Shown here: positions 1 through 9,906 of the stretch, piece by piece
Position numbering within the stretch: the stretch's first letter is position 1
Layout of the letters: each line of letters starts with the position of its first letter
Assembly: GCA_963752255.1 (NCBI GenBank)
Contig: CAVVXT010000010.1
Location: 32,001 to 96,000, forward strand
From: Nitrososphaeria archaeon
GTDB taxonomy: Archaea > Thermoproteota > Nitrososphaeria > JACIWG01
Direction of reading: 5' to 3'
Length of the DNA: 64,000 nucleotides
Made by a program: the position numbers and the translations under genes
The notes under the pieces: generated by a model
Database searches by the model: none
The model's input: the letters and a program-made list of their open reading frames with translations, nothing else
What the model was told of the DNA's origin: nothing

Positions 1-53
1 GTGGCATATCTTTAGGGCAAGGTTATGTGGTCGGAAAATGGCTTACTAAATAG
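1..53 (+). CDS. hypF: 3' end of carbamoyltransferase HypF (truncated by window start)
   Basis: Frame from nt 3 reads GISLGQGYVVGKWLTK*, matching the HypF C-terminal (D)GGISLGQ motif; lies directly upstream of hypC/hypD. Confidence 0.8.
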   Translation, partial: GISLGQGYVVGKWLTK

Positions 54-172
54 ATGTCAAAGATAAAACCGAAAAATCTTTTGCAAAACTATGACCACTA
101 CTAGGAAACTAAAATATTGAAAAATTGAGAAATTTATATATAATAGAGTAATATTTGTACGAATGTACCGCA

Positions 173-385
173 ATGTGCCTAGCAATTCCAGGAAAGATCG
201 TAGAAAAGGATAGAGATCATGGAAAGATAGATTTTGGGGGAGTATATAGAGAGGTAAATCTTTCTCTAGTTAACGCGAAGGTTGGTGATTACGTGATTGT
301 TCACGCAGGATTTGCGATTTCAAAGATAAACAGAAGGGAAGCCGAAGAGACTTTGAAGCTTGCAAGGGAAATTTTTTCGTCTTAG
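173..385 (+). CDS. hypC: Hydrogenase maturation chaperone HypC
   Basis: MCLAIPGK N-terminus (Cys2) and VGDYVIVHAGFAI motif; start taken at ATG 173. Confidence 0.95.
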   Translation: MCLAIPGKIVEKDRDHGKIDFGGVYREVNLSLVNAKVGDYVIVHAGFAISKINRREAEETLKLAREIFSS

Positions 386-399
386 GAAGATGATATAGC

Positions 400-1479
400 T
401 TGGAGTGGCTCAAAGACTCTAACCTAATTAGAGGCATCGTAGATAAGATAGGAGAACATAATGTTAAACTAAATTTTATGCACGCTTGTGGCACCCATCA
501 AGAAACTCTTGTTAAATATGGACTTGACAGCTTGTTCTCGAAAGTGGGGATAGTGGTACGATCGGGCCCTGGATGCCCAGTCTGCATCACAACCGCAAAA
601 GAATTTGTCGAAATCATGTCTTTAGGTGAAAGGGGGAAATTGATAACGGCGTACGGAGATTGCCTAAGAGTCCCCGTGAACCAGAGGTCGTTGATGAGCC
701 TAAGGGAGGAGGGGTACGATGTGAGAATCGTGTACAGCATAGAAGATGCAGCGAAAATAGCGGAGGAAGAGAAAAGGGATGTTATTTTTATGGCAATAGG
801 TTTCGAAACTACGGCTCCAAGCACCGCCTCTACTTTACTTAGAGATAATCTGCCAGAGAATTTTTATGTTCTTAGCTGCCACAGGTTCTTCTTACCAGCG
901 ATGGTAAAACTTCTAGAAATGGGTGAAATAAAACTTCAAGGATTAATAGAGCCTGGCCATGTTAGTGCAATTATTGGAACGTCGCCGTATAAATACATAC
1001 GTGATAGGTTTTGTATTCCACAGGTTATTTCTGGTTTTGAACCCCTCGACATGGCTCTTTCGATATACGAGCTTGTTAGCCAATACTTGGATGACGAACC
1101 GAAAGTCGAGAATGAGTACAAAAGGGTCGTTCCTGCAGAAGGAAACGGGATAGCTATGAGAAGAATTGAGGAGGTGTTTGAAAAAGCAGATATCGAATGG
1201 CGAGGTTTTCCGACAATATCGAAGTCTTCGATGAAGATCAGGGAAAAGTATTCTGCTCACGACGCCTCGAAACAATTCGAAGACATACTTAACAAGATAA
1301 GATATGAACCTTCCAAGGTTGAAATGGATTGTAGATGTGGTGAAGTATTACGTGGCCTTATTGAGCCAAAAGAATGCCCCTTATTTGGTAGAGCATGTTC
1401 GTTAGAAAATCCAATTGGTGCATGTATGGTTTCAATTGAAGGTTCTTGCAGAATACAGCTAGAATTTGGTCAAACATGA
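400..1479 (+). CDS. hypD: Hydrogenase maturation protein HypD
   Basis: CGTH, GPGCPVC, GFETT and PGHVS motifs plus C-terminal Fe-S cysteines (CRCGEVL..CPLFG..C..GACMVS.EGSC). Confidence 0.96.
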   Translation: MEWLKDSNLIRGIVDKIGEHNVKLNFMHACGTHQETLVKYGLDSLFSKVGIVVRSGPGCPVCITTAKEFVEIMSLGERGKLITAYGDCLRVPVNQRSLMSLREEGYDVRIVYSIEDAAKIAEEEKRDVIFMAIGFETTAPSTASTLLRDNLPENFYVLSCHRFFLPAMVKLLEMGEIKLQGLIEPGHVSAIIGTSPYKYIRDRFCIPQVISGFEPLDMALSIYELVSQYLDDEPKVENEYKRVVPAEGNGIAMRRIEEVFEKADIEWRGFPTISKSSMKIREKYSAHDASKQFEDILNKIRYEPSKVEMDCRCGEVLRGLIEPKECPLFGRACSLENPIGACMVSIEGSCRIQLEFGQT

Positions 1480-1511
1480 CAGTTAAGGATCGACCGCAAT
1501 AGAATAATTTT

Positions 1512-1871
1512 TCAAGGATAAAGTTTTTGAAGGTTTTTTAAGAACGTGTCTAAGTCTTTTTTATTTAATCCGACCCCTAAAATGGAACCTTTTCTTTCTA
1601 TTTCTTTGCCGTCTTTGAATGCTACAATCGTGGGAACCACTTTGATATCATAAGTCTCCCAAAACGGATTGTCGTCGTCTGTGATATCTGCCTTCGCAAT
1701 GACATATTCCGTGTTTCTTGTTTGCTTTTCGAAGGTGTCTGAGAATTCTGAGCAAAACGGGCAGTACGAGGCAAAGAACACCACAACAACCAATTTTCCT
1801 TCTTTAATGATATTTTCATCAAAGTTCAAAGATAATGAATCGAACACGGTAATGATGTATAAGCAGCTCAT
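1512..1871 (-). CDS. Thioredoxin family protein
   Basis: FASYCPFC active site and VVPTIVAFKDGKEIER C-terminal motif; true start may be a few codons downstream. Confidence 0.85.
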   Translation of the reverse strand: MSCLYIITVFDSLSLNFDENIIKEGKLVVVVFFASYCPFCSEFSDTFEKQTRNTEYVIAKADITDDDNPFWETYDIKVVPTIVAFKDGKEIERKGSILGVGLNKKDLDTFLKNLQKLYP

Positions 1872-1913
1872 TAAAATCTTTTTGCAATATTCAATTATCC
1901 GTGTTAGAATGCG

Positions 1914-2963
1914 TCAACAGATTCTTGGGATAGGATCTCCTCTCGGTTTTTGAAGTATCCTTCTCCCACCCACTTCTGTCTTCATCACCACTTTGTTAAA
2001 TGAGCTTACCGCATGTCCTATTACCTGAGCATCTGAGCCCTCTGTAGTCTTCTGGAGTGCTTCGAGAACGGCTTCAGCCATTTCTGGAACCGTCGCTATG
2101 ATAGCTTTTCCTTCATTACCTATTTCCAAGGGATCTATACCCAAAACTTCGCATGCAGATCTTACGCTGGGTCTGATGGGGATCTTCGATTCGTCAACTT
2201 CTATGCCGACTCCACTTTTTTCACACCATTCATAGAGGGCGTTACTAACCCCTCCCCTTGTCGGATCCTTCATCGCAACTATTCCACCTATCTTCAAGAT
2301 TTTTTCTGACATATGGTTTAGGGGCTGCATGTCAGATTTTACTTCTACAGTTAATCCATACTGTTGTCTCGCACTCATCACAGCAATCCCATGATCTCCA
2401 ACATACCCGGAGACGATGATTTTGTCGCCGGGTCTAACTTCAGAATCAAGAAGCCACTTTGCGCGCGGTTTTCGATAGTTTGTAACAATTTCAAGGTTAT
2501 GATCTAAGAAAGGGCTTTTGGAACCGATAGCTGAAGTATTTATAATCATCTGCTTCAAACCGCCATGTTCTACAACTTTGGTATCGCCTGTTACTATCTT
2601 TACGTCCGCCTCTTTGCAAGTTTTCTCCATGCTGTCTAACACCTTCTCTAAAACGGACAACTCCAGTCCTTCTTCCAAAACTAGACCCATGGAAAGGGCG
2701 ATCGGCTTTCCTCCAACCATAGAGACATCATTAACAGTGCCGCAGATAGAGAGCCTTCCAATGTCGCCGCCGGGGAAAAACAAAGGGTACACCGCGTGTG
2801 AGTCCGTCTTAAATACGATGCCATTGACGACGGCGGCATCGTCCAAAGCTTCTAAGGGAACCTCGAAATGGCTTCCCGAGAAACGTGTGAGAATCATTCT
2901 TTTAATAAGGTCTGCAGCGACACTTCCACCTGCTCCATGAAGCATGCTAATATGCTCAGTCAT
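1914..2963 (-). CDS. hypE: Hydrogenase maturation dehydratase HypE
   Basis: HGAGG, KTDSH..FFPGGDIG, GDTKVV, DPTRGG, NEG motifs and C-terminal PRIC. Confidence 0.96.
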   Translation of the reverse strand: MTEHISMLHGAGGSVAADLIKRMILTRFSGSHFEVPLEALDDAAVVNGIVFKTDSHAVYPLFFPGGDIGRLSICGTVNDVSMVGGKPIALSMGLVLEEGLELSVLEKVLDSMEKTCKEADVKIVTGDTKVVEHGGLKQMIINTSAIGSKSPFLDHNLEIVTNYRKPRAKWLLDSEVRPGDKIIVSGYVGDHGIAVMSARQQYGLTVEVKSDMQPLNHMSEKILKIGGIVAMKDPTRGGVSNALYEWCEKSGVGIEVDESKIPIRPSVRSACEVLGIDPLEIGNEGKAIIATVPEMAEAVLEALQKTTEGSDAQVIGHAVSSFNKVVMKTEVGGRRILQKPRGDPIPRIC

Positions 2964-3085
2964 AGTCAGCCCCTTAATTGGTAACACACTAATAACATTT
3001 TTGCTGAATCCTATAACATTAACATGTTGTCATTAAAGTTTAGCTTCCATATTAGGGAACAACCTTATATTGTAAACGGTGTAGT

Positions 3086-4268
3086 CTATTGGCTTTCCAA
3101 GTACTCGGTTATAATATCTCTGACGTTTTTCAAATCCTTTAACCAGACAAATTCATTAACACCATGATAGTGTGTGTCCTCAGCCAGAGGTCCATATGAT
3201 ATTGTAGGTATTCCTTTTCCGTTAGTGAATTTTCCATCATTCCCACCAAGTTCGGCTGCGAGAGGAAGGCTTTCTCCTGTGACTGTTTCTATAGCCTTAT
3301 TAAATTTTTTTACCAGAGGAAGTCTCGGGTCGGTATAGTAGTTTCCCCCTGTCTGCTCGAATTTCAAATCAATCTTGTACCTTGGATCACCCAGGTCTAC
3401 TTTATTTAGAAAATCTTTAAGCTCGTTTTGGGCTTTAACAGTATCTTCTTCTGGCAAGAGTCTCATATCGAATGTTGCTTCCGCCTCACCTGGAATTATA
3501 TTGCTTTTCACACCCGATTTTAGCATAGTAACGGAGAATCTACCCCAGACCTTCTCCTTTGGAGACCCAGGCGGCGCATCCATTCTAGAGAGTTTATGCT
3601 CCCTAAAATCCTGAAATTTCAGTAATTCGACGATAAGCTTACCCATACCCTGAAGCGCGTTCAGGAATAAGTGGGGATAACCTGCATGGCCTTGAATGCC
3701 TGTTACAGTTATGGTTCCATTGACTATGCCACTTGCTCCTATCGATAGAAAATCTTTTCCAGCATCAACTATGATTGCTTCTTCACCCCTTATTCCAACC
3801 TCGTCAATAAGGTAGCCGAGACCAAGTTCGCCGCCAACTTCTTCGTCTGGGGTAACTAATATTTTCAAATTAACCTTTGATTTACTACCAGCCCTACGCG
3901 CAGCCCCCAGCAGGGTTACTATAGACCCTTTATCGTCGGCTGTGCCTCGACCATAGGCTTTATCTCTATCTACTTTCATGTTAAAGGGATCGTAGTCCCA
4001 ACCTGAACCAGGAGGTACTATATCATAGTGAGCCACTCCGAGAAGTGTTTTTGGAGCTCCAACGTCTAAAGTTGCTACGACGTTTGGTCTACGGCAATTT
4101 ATCTAGGCTCTTAAGCTTCGAATCAAAAACTTCCACTTTTAACCCAATTTTTTCAGCTTCATCCGCCACTATACTGGCGCACTCCTCGTAACCGGACTTG
4201 GTTAAGGAGTCGCTGTTCACTTCGACAACCTTTTTCAAAACGTTTAATTCAAAGTCTATATCGTACAT
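3086..4268 (-). CDS. M20 family metallopeptidase (ArgE/DapE-like), split by one extra base near 4091
   Basis: ORF 4089..4310 joins ORF 3086..4036 via RPNVVATLDVGAPKTLLGVAHYD if one base is removed at about 4091; motifs HYD, GRGTADDKG, DEE, GHAG, HGVNE. Confidence 0.85.
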
Positions 4269-4369
4269 AACTTTTGGTATTTTCTCGTACACTAATAAGT
4301 TTTTTTTCAATTAAAATAAAAGGTTTTTAAACATCAGAGAAATTTATTGAGCCTTTGGAGTAAGTTGTT

Positions 4370-5717
4370 TTGGCTCCTTTAACAAAACGCATTGTTATTG
4401 TTGGCGCAGGACCTTCTGGCATATTTACTGGATTAGAACTTTCAAAGAAAAGCAACTTCAACGTCACTATCATCGACAAGGGGAAGGATATCGAGAAAAG
4501 GATTAACGACAACGGCATCTATTACGGTTGGGGTGGCGCTGGCGCATTTAGTGACGGAAAACTGAATTATTCGGCCGAGATAGGAGGCTGGCTTGGAGAC
4601 TACTTGGACGAAAAAGATCTCATAGATATCATGGGAAAGGTCGATAAAATCTTTTTGGCCTATGGGGCCACCGACAGGATTTTCGGAACAGACGAGGACA
4701 GTATATCACAGTTATCGCGCGAGGCAGCTAAAGCCGATTTGAGACTTATACCAAGCAGGGTAAGACACCTTGGAAGCGATCAGTGCCCGAAGATACTGCA
4801 GAACATAAAGAAAGATTTGGAGAAAAAAGTAGACATTATTCTGGAAAACGAGGTAGAGAGTGTCATCGTAGACAACGGAGTCGCAAGGGGAGTGATAACA
4901 AGGGGTGGAAAGAAGATACCTGCTGATTATGTTATATTAGCTCCTGGCAGAGGTGGGGCAGACTGGCTAAAAAATGAGGCGGAACGGCTTAAGCTATCAT
5001 CCAGCAGGAATCCGGTGGATCTTGGCGTCAGAGTGGAAGTCCCGTCGCAAGTTTTAGAGTCAATGTCTTCAATATTATATGAACCCAAATTAGTGTATTA
5101 TTCAAAATCTTATGACGATAAAGTTAGAACGTTCTGCGTTAGCCCATACGGTTATGTAGTTGAGGAGAAGATCAATGATTTAATTACGGTCAATGGTCAC
5201 AGCTATCTTGAAAAACGCTCGGAAAACACCAACTTCGCTATTTTAGTCAGCACACAGTTCACGGACCCCTTTAGGGACCCAATAGCGTACGGTAGATATA
5301 TTGCAAAGCTCGCTAATCTTTTAGTCAACGGCGTTATGGTTCAAAGACTTGGAGATCTAGATGTAGGAAGAAGATCCACATATGAGAGAATATCAAGGAG
5401 CATAGTTCAACCCACTTTAAAGACGGCCCATCCTGGAGACCTAAGCTTTGTACTTCCAGGAAGGTACCTCACAGATATTAAGGAATTTTTAAAGGCGATG
5501 GATAAATTGGCACCAGGGGTATATTCTAATCATACACTGATTTATGGGATAGAGGTAAAGTTCTATTCCTCTAGACTTAAGCTCACACGGAATCTCGAAA
5601 CCGAGGTCAAGAACCTTTTCACAATCGGAGATGGAGCGGGAATATCGAGAGGGACTTGTGCAGTCCTCAGCTTCAGGCCTCATTGTAGCTCAGGAAATTA
5701 TAAGAAGAGAATCTTGA
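4370..5717 (+). CDS. FAD-dependent oxidoreductase/dehydrogenase (uncharacterized family), frameshift near 3' end
   Basis: GAGPSG Rossmann motif, GWGGAGAFSDGKL and GDGAG. Removing one G at 5651-5653 gives the family-typical end RGLVQSSASGLIVAQEIIRRES* (stop 5715-5717). Confidence 0.85.
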
Positions 5718-5765
5718 ATCACTCCACTTCAGATGAAATTTAAACATAAAGTAGACCAAAATAGT

Positions 5766-6203
5766 TTATTTAACTGACGAATCCATGGTGCACTCTTTTA
5801 GGATCTGAAACGCTTTCTCGGGATCAACTAAGCCAGCTACCATTTTTTCGAAAGGACACGTATCATCCTTTCTTCTATTCAATATTTTTGCAGTAGTCCT
5901 ATCATAAATCAATGAAATTGATAAAGTAGACGCAAGCTCAAGTGCCGGAACGCTTAACAACTTTGCATAAACTGCACCAATTTTCGCTTTAGCAGCAAGC
6001 AGTATTGCAGCCCTGCCAACAACCTTGTCCGCTAAAGCTGCACCAGCCATATTTTCCTTAATTATCGTAATAGTGTCAACCAGTGCTTTTATTCCTGAAG
6101 ACTTTGATTCAGAAATAACCTTTCCATTCTTTACTATCACAAAGGAAAACCTATTCCTCAGCAAGCGGTCCCTAGCTACGGAGACGTCATTGGCAGCAGA
6201 CAT
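5766..6203 (-). CDS. DUF1893 (TM1506-like) protein
   Basis: ADKVVGRAA and ILNR..D.CPFEK motifs. Confidence 0.8.
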   Translation of the reverse strand: MSAANDVSVARDRLLRNRFSFVIVKNGKVISESKSSGIKALVDTITIIKENMAGAALADKVVGRAAILLAAKAKIGAVYAKLLSVPALELASTLSISLIYDRTTAKILNRRKDDTCPFEKMVAGLVDPEKAFQILKECTMDSSVK

Positions 6204-6246
6204 ATTACCTTGCCATAAAGTACCCGCTAAAAGGTTTTAATACTTA

Positions 6247-7028
6247 TTAGGCATTGTCTGGAGGATTTCCGCCTGCTGGTTTTGTCGTGTCAGTAGGAGT
6301 TCCCTCTGCTGGTTTTGTCGTGTCAGTAGGAGTTCCCTCTGCTGGTTTTGTCGTGTCAGTAGGAGTTCCCTCTGCTGGTTTTGTCGTGTCAGTAGGAGTT
6401 CCCTCTGCTGGTTTTGTCGTGTCAGTAGGAGTTCCCTCTGCTGGTTTTGTCGTGTCAGTAGGAGTTCCGTTTGGCTTGCTGGGAGGATTTCCGAACAAGT
6501 TATCCGCGAGGTCTTTAAGTTTATACATAGCGTTCTCAGAAAACATTCCCACCAGTCCAGGATATAGCCGCAACCCCTACGAGGTTCAGGTTGTTTAAGC
6601 CCGACCCAATCGTCAGTACTCCGCCGCGTATCAGAAAATAGAAGATTAAAGGGAGCCCAGCGCCAATGAGGGGCCTAAGCAGGTACCAAGCTAGATACTC
6701 TTTATTGAAATCTACGCCTACATGTTTTGAAATCGCGAAAAACGAGAAGACGCAAGCACCTATTATTCCAGAAAAACATAATTATGAATATAATCAAAGT
6801 CTCTGGGCCCAAGAGAAAATGCACACCTGTTCCATAAAGTGTAACCGGCCTTGTTGCATTTGATGCAAGCTCTTGTGGGGTAGCAGGCCATATGTTAACT
6901 AGAAAGTATAGTATAACTACAAACACTATGATTGTATAAACGGATACGAGACGTGCTACATGTCGATCGTCTGGCCCTTCTTTTTGTTTCTTAGGTGTCG
7001 TAGTAGGTGGTGTAGTTGTCGTTATCAT
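6247..7028 (-). CDS. Multi-pass membrane protein with C-terminal Pro/Thr-rich tandem repeat (about 259 aa after correcting two +1 frameshifts)
   Basis: ORFs 6702..7028 and 6247..6573 join through MFSGIIGACVFSFFAISKHVGVDFNKEYLAWYLLRPLIGAGLPLIFYFLIRGG...VAAISGLVGMFSENA when one base is removed at about 6772-6776 and one at about 6560. Confidence 0.75.
6273..6468. repeat. Perfect 33-bp coding tandem repeat, about 6 copies (GTPTDTTKPAE)n
   Basis: Unit ctgctggttttgtcgtgtcagtaggagttccct starts at 6273, 6306, 6339, 6372, 6405 and 6438 (last copy is 31 bp). Confidence 0.97.
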
Positions 7029-7210
7029 AGTGAGATATTAGTTCCACACATAAATAAGCTTTTAATTGACCTCTAGTCTTCTTTGTTTGAGTTCTTTAAC
7101 TATCTTCTCTATTTCAGAAATTTTAGAAATCTCTTTTTCTATATATATTTACTGTAAAGTAAAGTTATAATCTTAAATATCTTATTCAATATTTTTATTA
7201 GGGCAAAGTC

Positions 7211-7885
7211 ATGTCATCTAAAACTCTTTACGGAGTAATAGGTATTTTAGTTGTAACAGTTTTCGTTTTAGCTGGTTTAGTCGGATATTTGTACAATCAA
7301 AAATCCCAAACCATAACAGAAACAAATTCACAAACTGTTACGCAATCTATTACGCAAACTTCAACTAGTACTTTAACGCTGACTTCAACTATTACTCCCA
7401 CAACTTCATCTGAGAATACGACCTCCTTGATTACCTATTCAACCACTACCACGTATGGGAATAATATCGTAACTGCTTTTACAGTTTACCTTTTTAACGG
7501 TTCAACATCTGTGGATGCGGGCTATTTTGATTATGTCCCGTTCGACGTCCCTAACAACGTAATGAATGTAACGGTAACGGGTAATTTTACGTCTTCGGGA
7601 GGGTTAGGAAACGATATCGAGGTATTCATCATGAACAGCACCCAGTATGATAGTTGGTATAACGGTAACCAGACAAGTGTATACTATGATAGCGGCCAAG
7701 TTATTTCAGTAAAAATCAGCAACCTTAAGCTTCCAGCGGGCCAAAGCTACTACCTGATCTTCGACAACAGCTTTTCCTATATCTCTGGTAAAACGGTCAC
7801 CGGAGAAATCATCCTAACTTTTACGCAACCAACTACTACTATGACTTCAACTACTGCGCAAGCAACTACTACTAACCTCCCTTAA
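7211..7885 (+). CDS. Membrane-anchored Thr/Ser-rich surface protein with a beta-sandwich (GOLD-like) domain
   Basis: N-terminal hydrophobic anchor, Thr-rich linkers, and a GNFT..GGLGNDIEVFIM...YYLIFDN.FS..SGKTV pattern. Confidence 0.7.
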   Translation: MSSKTLYGVIGILVVTVFVLAGLVGYLYNQKSQTITETNSQTVTQSITQTSTSTLTLTSTITPTTSSENTTSLITYSTTTTYGNNIVTAFTVYLFNGSTSVDAGYFDYVPFDVPNNVMNVTVTGNFTSSGGLGNDIEVFIMNSTQYDSWYNGNQTSVYYDSGQVISVKISNLKLPAGQSYYLIFDNSFSYISGKTVTGEIILTFTQPTTTMTSTTAQATTTNLP

Positions 7886-7988
7886 ATCTACTATAGTATT
7901 TCTGCCCATTTTTACTTTGACTTTACCCATGTTCAGCACTCCCACATTAGTTTCTCTATTATAGTCTATTTCTAAGAAATCTAATTTA

Positions 7989-8084
7989 ATGGATCCTAGT
8001 TTAATAGAAACCCTGCTAATGCGTGTTACTTTCCTTTATGAATTAAAGAAATTCCAATTAGAAGACCCTTGTTTAATCGAATAA
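7989..8084 (+). CDS. Tiny ORF (31 aa) MDPSLIETLLMRVTFLYELKKFQLEDPCLIE, paralog of 8187..8297
   Basis: Shares ttaatagaaacc and gcgt..ttttcctt.at.aa blocks with the downstream ORF; may be a decayed copy. Confidence 0.4.
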   Translation: MDPSLIETLLMRVTFLYELKKFQLEDPCLIE

Positions 8085-8186
8085 GGTGCCTATAATTTGT
8101 CTAACATTAGGAGCACATTTTGGCGTAATTCTGAAAAACCCTTTAATAAATCATAATATATCCACATACACAAGAAGTGATATTCA

Positions 8187-8297
8187 ATGGCTCCATTAAT
8201 AGAAACCATCTTAATAACTTCCTTACTCAGCGTTATTTTCCTTCATAAACTTAGGGAGGAAGGTAAACAAGAAGATGTTGGGCTAGTTGGCTTCTAG
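8187..8297 (+). CDS. Small membrane peptide (36 aa) MAPLIETILITSLLSVIFLHKLREEGKQEDVGLVGF
   Basis: BRE/TATA-like gaaaaaccctttaataaa at 8133-8150, SD-like gaagtga, one hydrophobic helix followed by a charged tail. Confidence 0.55.
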   Translation: MAPLIETILITSLLSVIFLHKLREEGKQEDVGLVGF

Positions 8298-8453
8298 TTT
8301 TTTCTGTTTGATAAGCACATCCACTAGGTTAGTTTGATCCTTCAATATCTTCTCCATTCCATTAAACCTATTCTCCCAACTTTTCTTCCCAGCTTCGAAC
8401 CTTTCCTTTTCCTTCTGTAAGGCTTGAGCCTTGATCAATATTTCATTTCTTAA
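8283..8453 (-). pseudogene. 3' remnant of a coiled-coil protein gene
   Basis: Open frame LRNEILIKAQALQKEKERFEAGKKSWENRFNGMEKILKDQTNLVDVLIKQKKLEAN* preceded by an in-frame stop and a T-run, with no clear start. Confidence 0.4.
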
Positions 8454-8640
8454 TTAGGAAAGAAAAAAAATTAATTACAAATGATAGATGCCCATCATTA
8501 TCAGCTTTTTAGAAGGCTCAGGAAATCGTTTCATGTGTTTTAGACTCGATAAAACATTAATCATAATAATAAAAGTTAACTATTCTTTTATACTTATTAA
8601 AAATAATTTAAACAATTTACCTAACGGTTTTAACACTTGT

Positions 8641-9834
8641 TCATCCGGAGCCTAAATATTTTAACAAGATCATTGCATAGATTTTAGATGCATCAATAAT
8701 CTGTTGAACGGGTAGGTTTTCATTAATCGTATGAGCCATCTTTATGTCCCCACATCCCAGAATGATAGTAGGAATCCCTGCCTTAACAAAATGTGACATC
8801 TCCGTTGTCGCAGGCATCCCTTCCACTCGAGGCTCAATGTTAACGGTTTCTTTGATAGCTTTCTTCGCTGTTTTTACTATCTCTTCTGATAAATCAGTCT
8901 CTGAAGCTGGTTGAGAATTATATAGTTCGAGTTTAAACCTGAATTGCGGATCATCCCTAGCGATCTTTGCAAGTTCCGCCTTTAACTCACCCTCAACATC
9001 CTGCGGAGATTCATCTGGCAAAAGTCTTCTATCAATAGTTATTTCACAGGAATCTGGAACAATGTTATCTTTGGCACCTCCTCTTATTACACCGACAGAA
9101 AGCGTCGGCTTACCAAGGAAAGGGTGTGAGTTGCTTGAATGAGAGTAGCTTGCTGCTATTTCTTCAAGCCTGTTGATGGCTTTTGACATTTTGTAAATAG
9201 CGTTTACACCCTCATCCGGATTGCTCGAATGCGCAAGCTTCCCGTATGTTGTCAGACTAAAACGTGCAAATCCCTTGTGTGCGATGTTTATCTGTAGACC
9301 ACTAGGCTCCCCTACTATTGCGGCTGAAGCGTGATACCCTTTTTCCAATATATCTTTTGCACCAAGGCATGAATCTTCCTCATCGGAAGTTAAAGCAATA
9401 ACGATGTCGCCTCCTAGTTCAACTTTTGACCTTAAGATTGCCCTGAGAGCACTTATGAACGCAGCAATCGAGCTCTTCATGTCGGCAGACCCTCTTCCAT
9501 ACAGTCTACCATCTTTAATATCGCCACTTAGGGGGTTAGTTGCCCATTTTCCGAGGTCTCCAAAGGGAACAGTATCCAAGTGTCCATTGAAGATTAAGGA
9601 TCTAACACTGGAGCGAGAGTGATAGACGCCTACGACATTCGGTCTTTTAGGTTTGAAGTCGTATTCTATGGTTTCCAACCCTGCAGCTCGGAGAATGTCT
9701 GCCATAAAGTCTGCAAGTTCTTTTTCTTTGCCTGGTGGATTCTCACTGTCAATACGGATCATCATTTGAGCTAATGAGATAGGATCTTCTTTTCCTAGTT
9801 GGTTGAAAACCTCAGATTTAGGGTCTACTACCAT
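8641..9834 (-). CDS. M20 family ArgE/DapE-like deacylase
   Basis: FNGHLDTVP, GRGSADMKS, SDEE, GEPS, AHSS and HTINE motifs; start at ATG 9834 avoids overlap with the divergent gene. Confidence 0.92.
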   Translation of the reverse strand: MVVDPKSEVFNQLGKEDPISLAQMMIRIDSENPPGKEKELADFMADILRAAGLETIEYDFKPKRPNVVGVYHSRSSVRSLIFNGHLDTVPFGDLGKWATNPLSGDIKDGRLYGRGSADMKSSIAAFISALRAILRSKVELGGDIVIALTSDEEDSCLGAKDILEKGYHASAAIVGEPSGLQINIAHKGFARFSLTTYGKLAHSSNPDEGVNAIYKMSKAINRLEEIAASYSHSSNSHPFLGKPTLSVGVIRGGAKDNIVPDSCEITIDRRLLPDESPQDVEGELKAELAKIARDDPQFRFKLELYNSQPASETDLSEEIVKTAKKAIKETVNIEPRVEGMPATTEMSHFVKAGIPTIILGCGDIKMAHTINENLPVQQIIDASKIYAMILLKYLGSG

Positions 9835-9906
9835 ATTAAAATAATTGAATGAACAATATAAAAATCTTTTAATCCCTGCGGAAGGGCTATTAGTAACTAA
9901 AAAGCA

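Noticed and set aside
4089-4091. TAG as pyrrolysine or readthrough in the M20 gene
   Set aside because: The continuation is in a different frame, so it is a frameshift and not an in-frame stop.
6273-6468. 33-bp repeats as a CRISPR array
   Set aside because: Units are head-to-tail with no spacers and are in frame within a protein tail.
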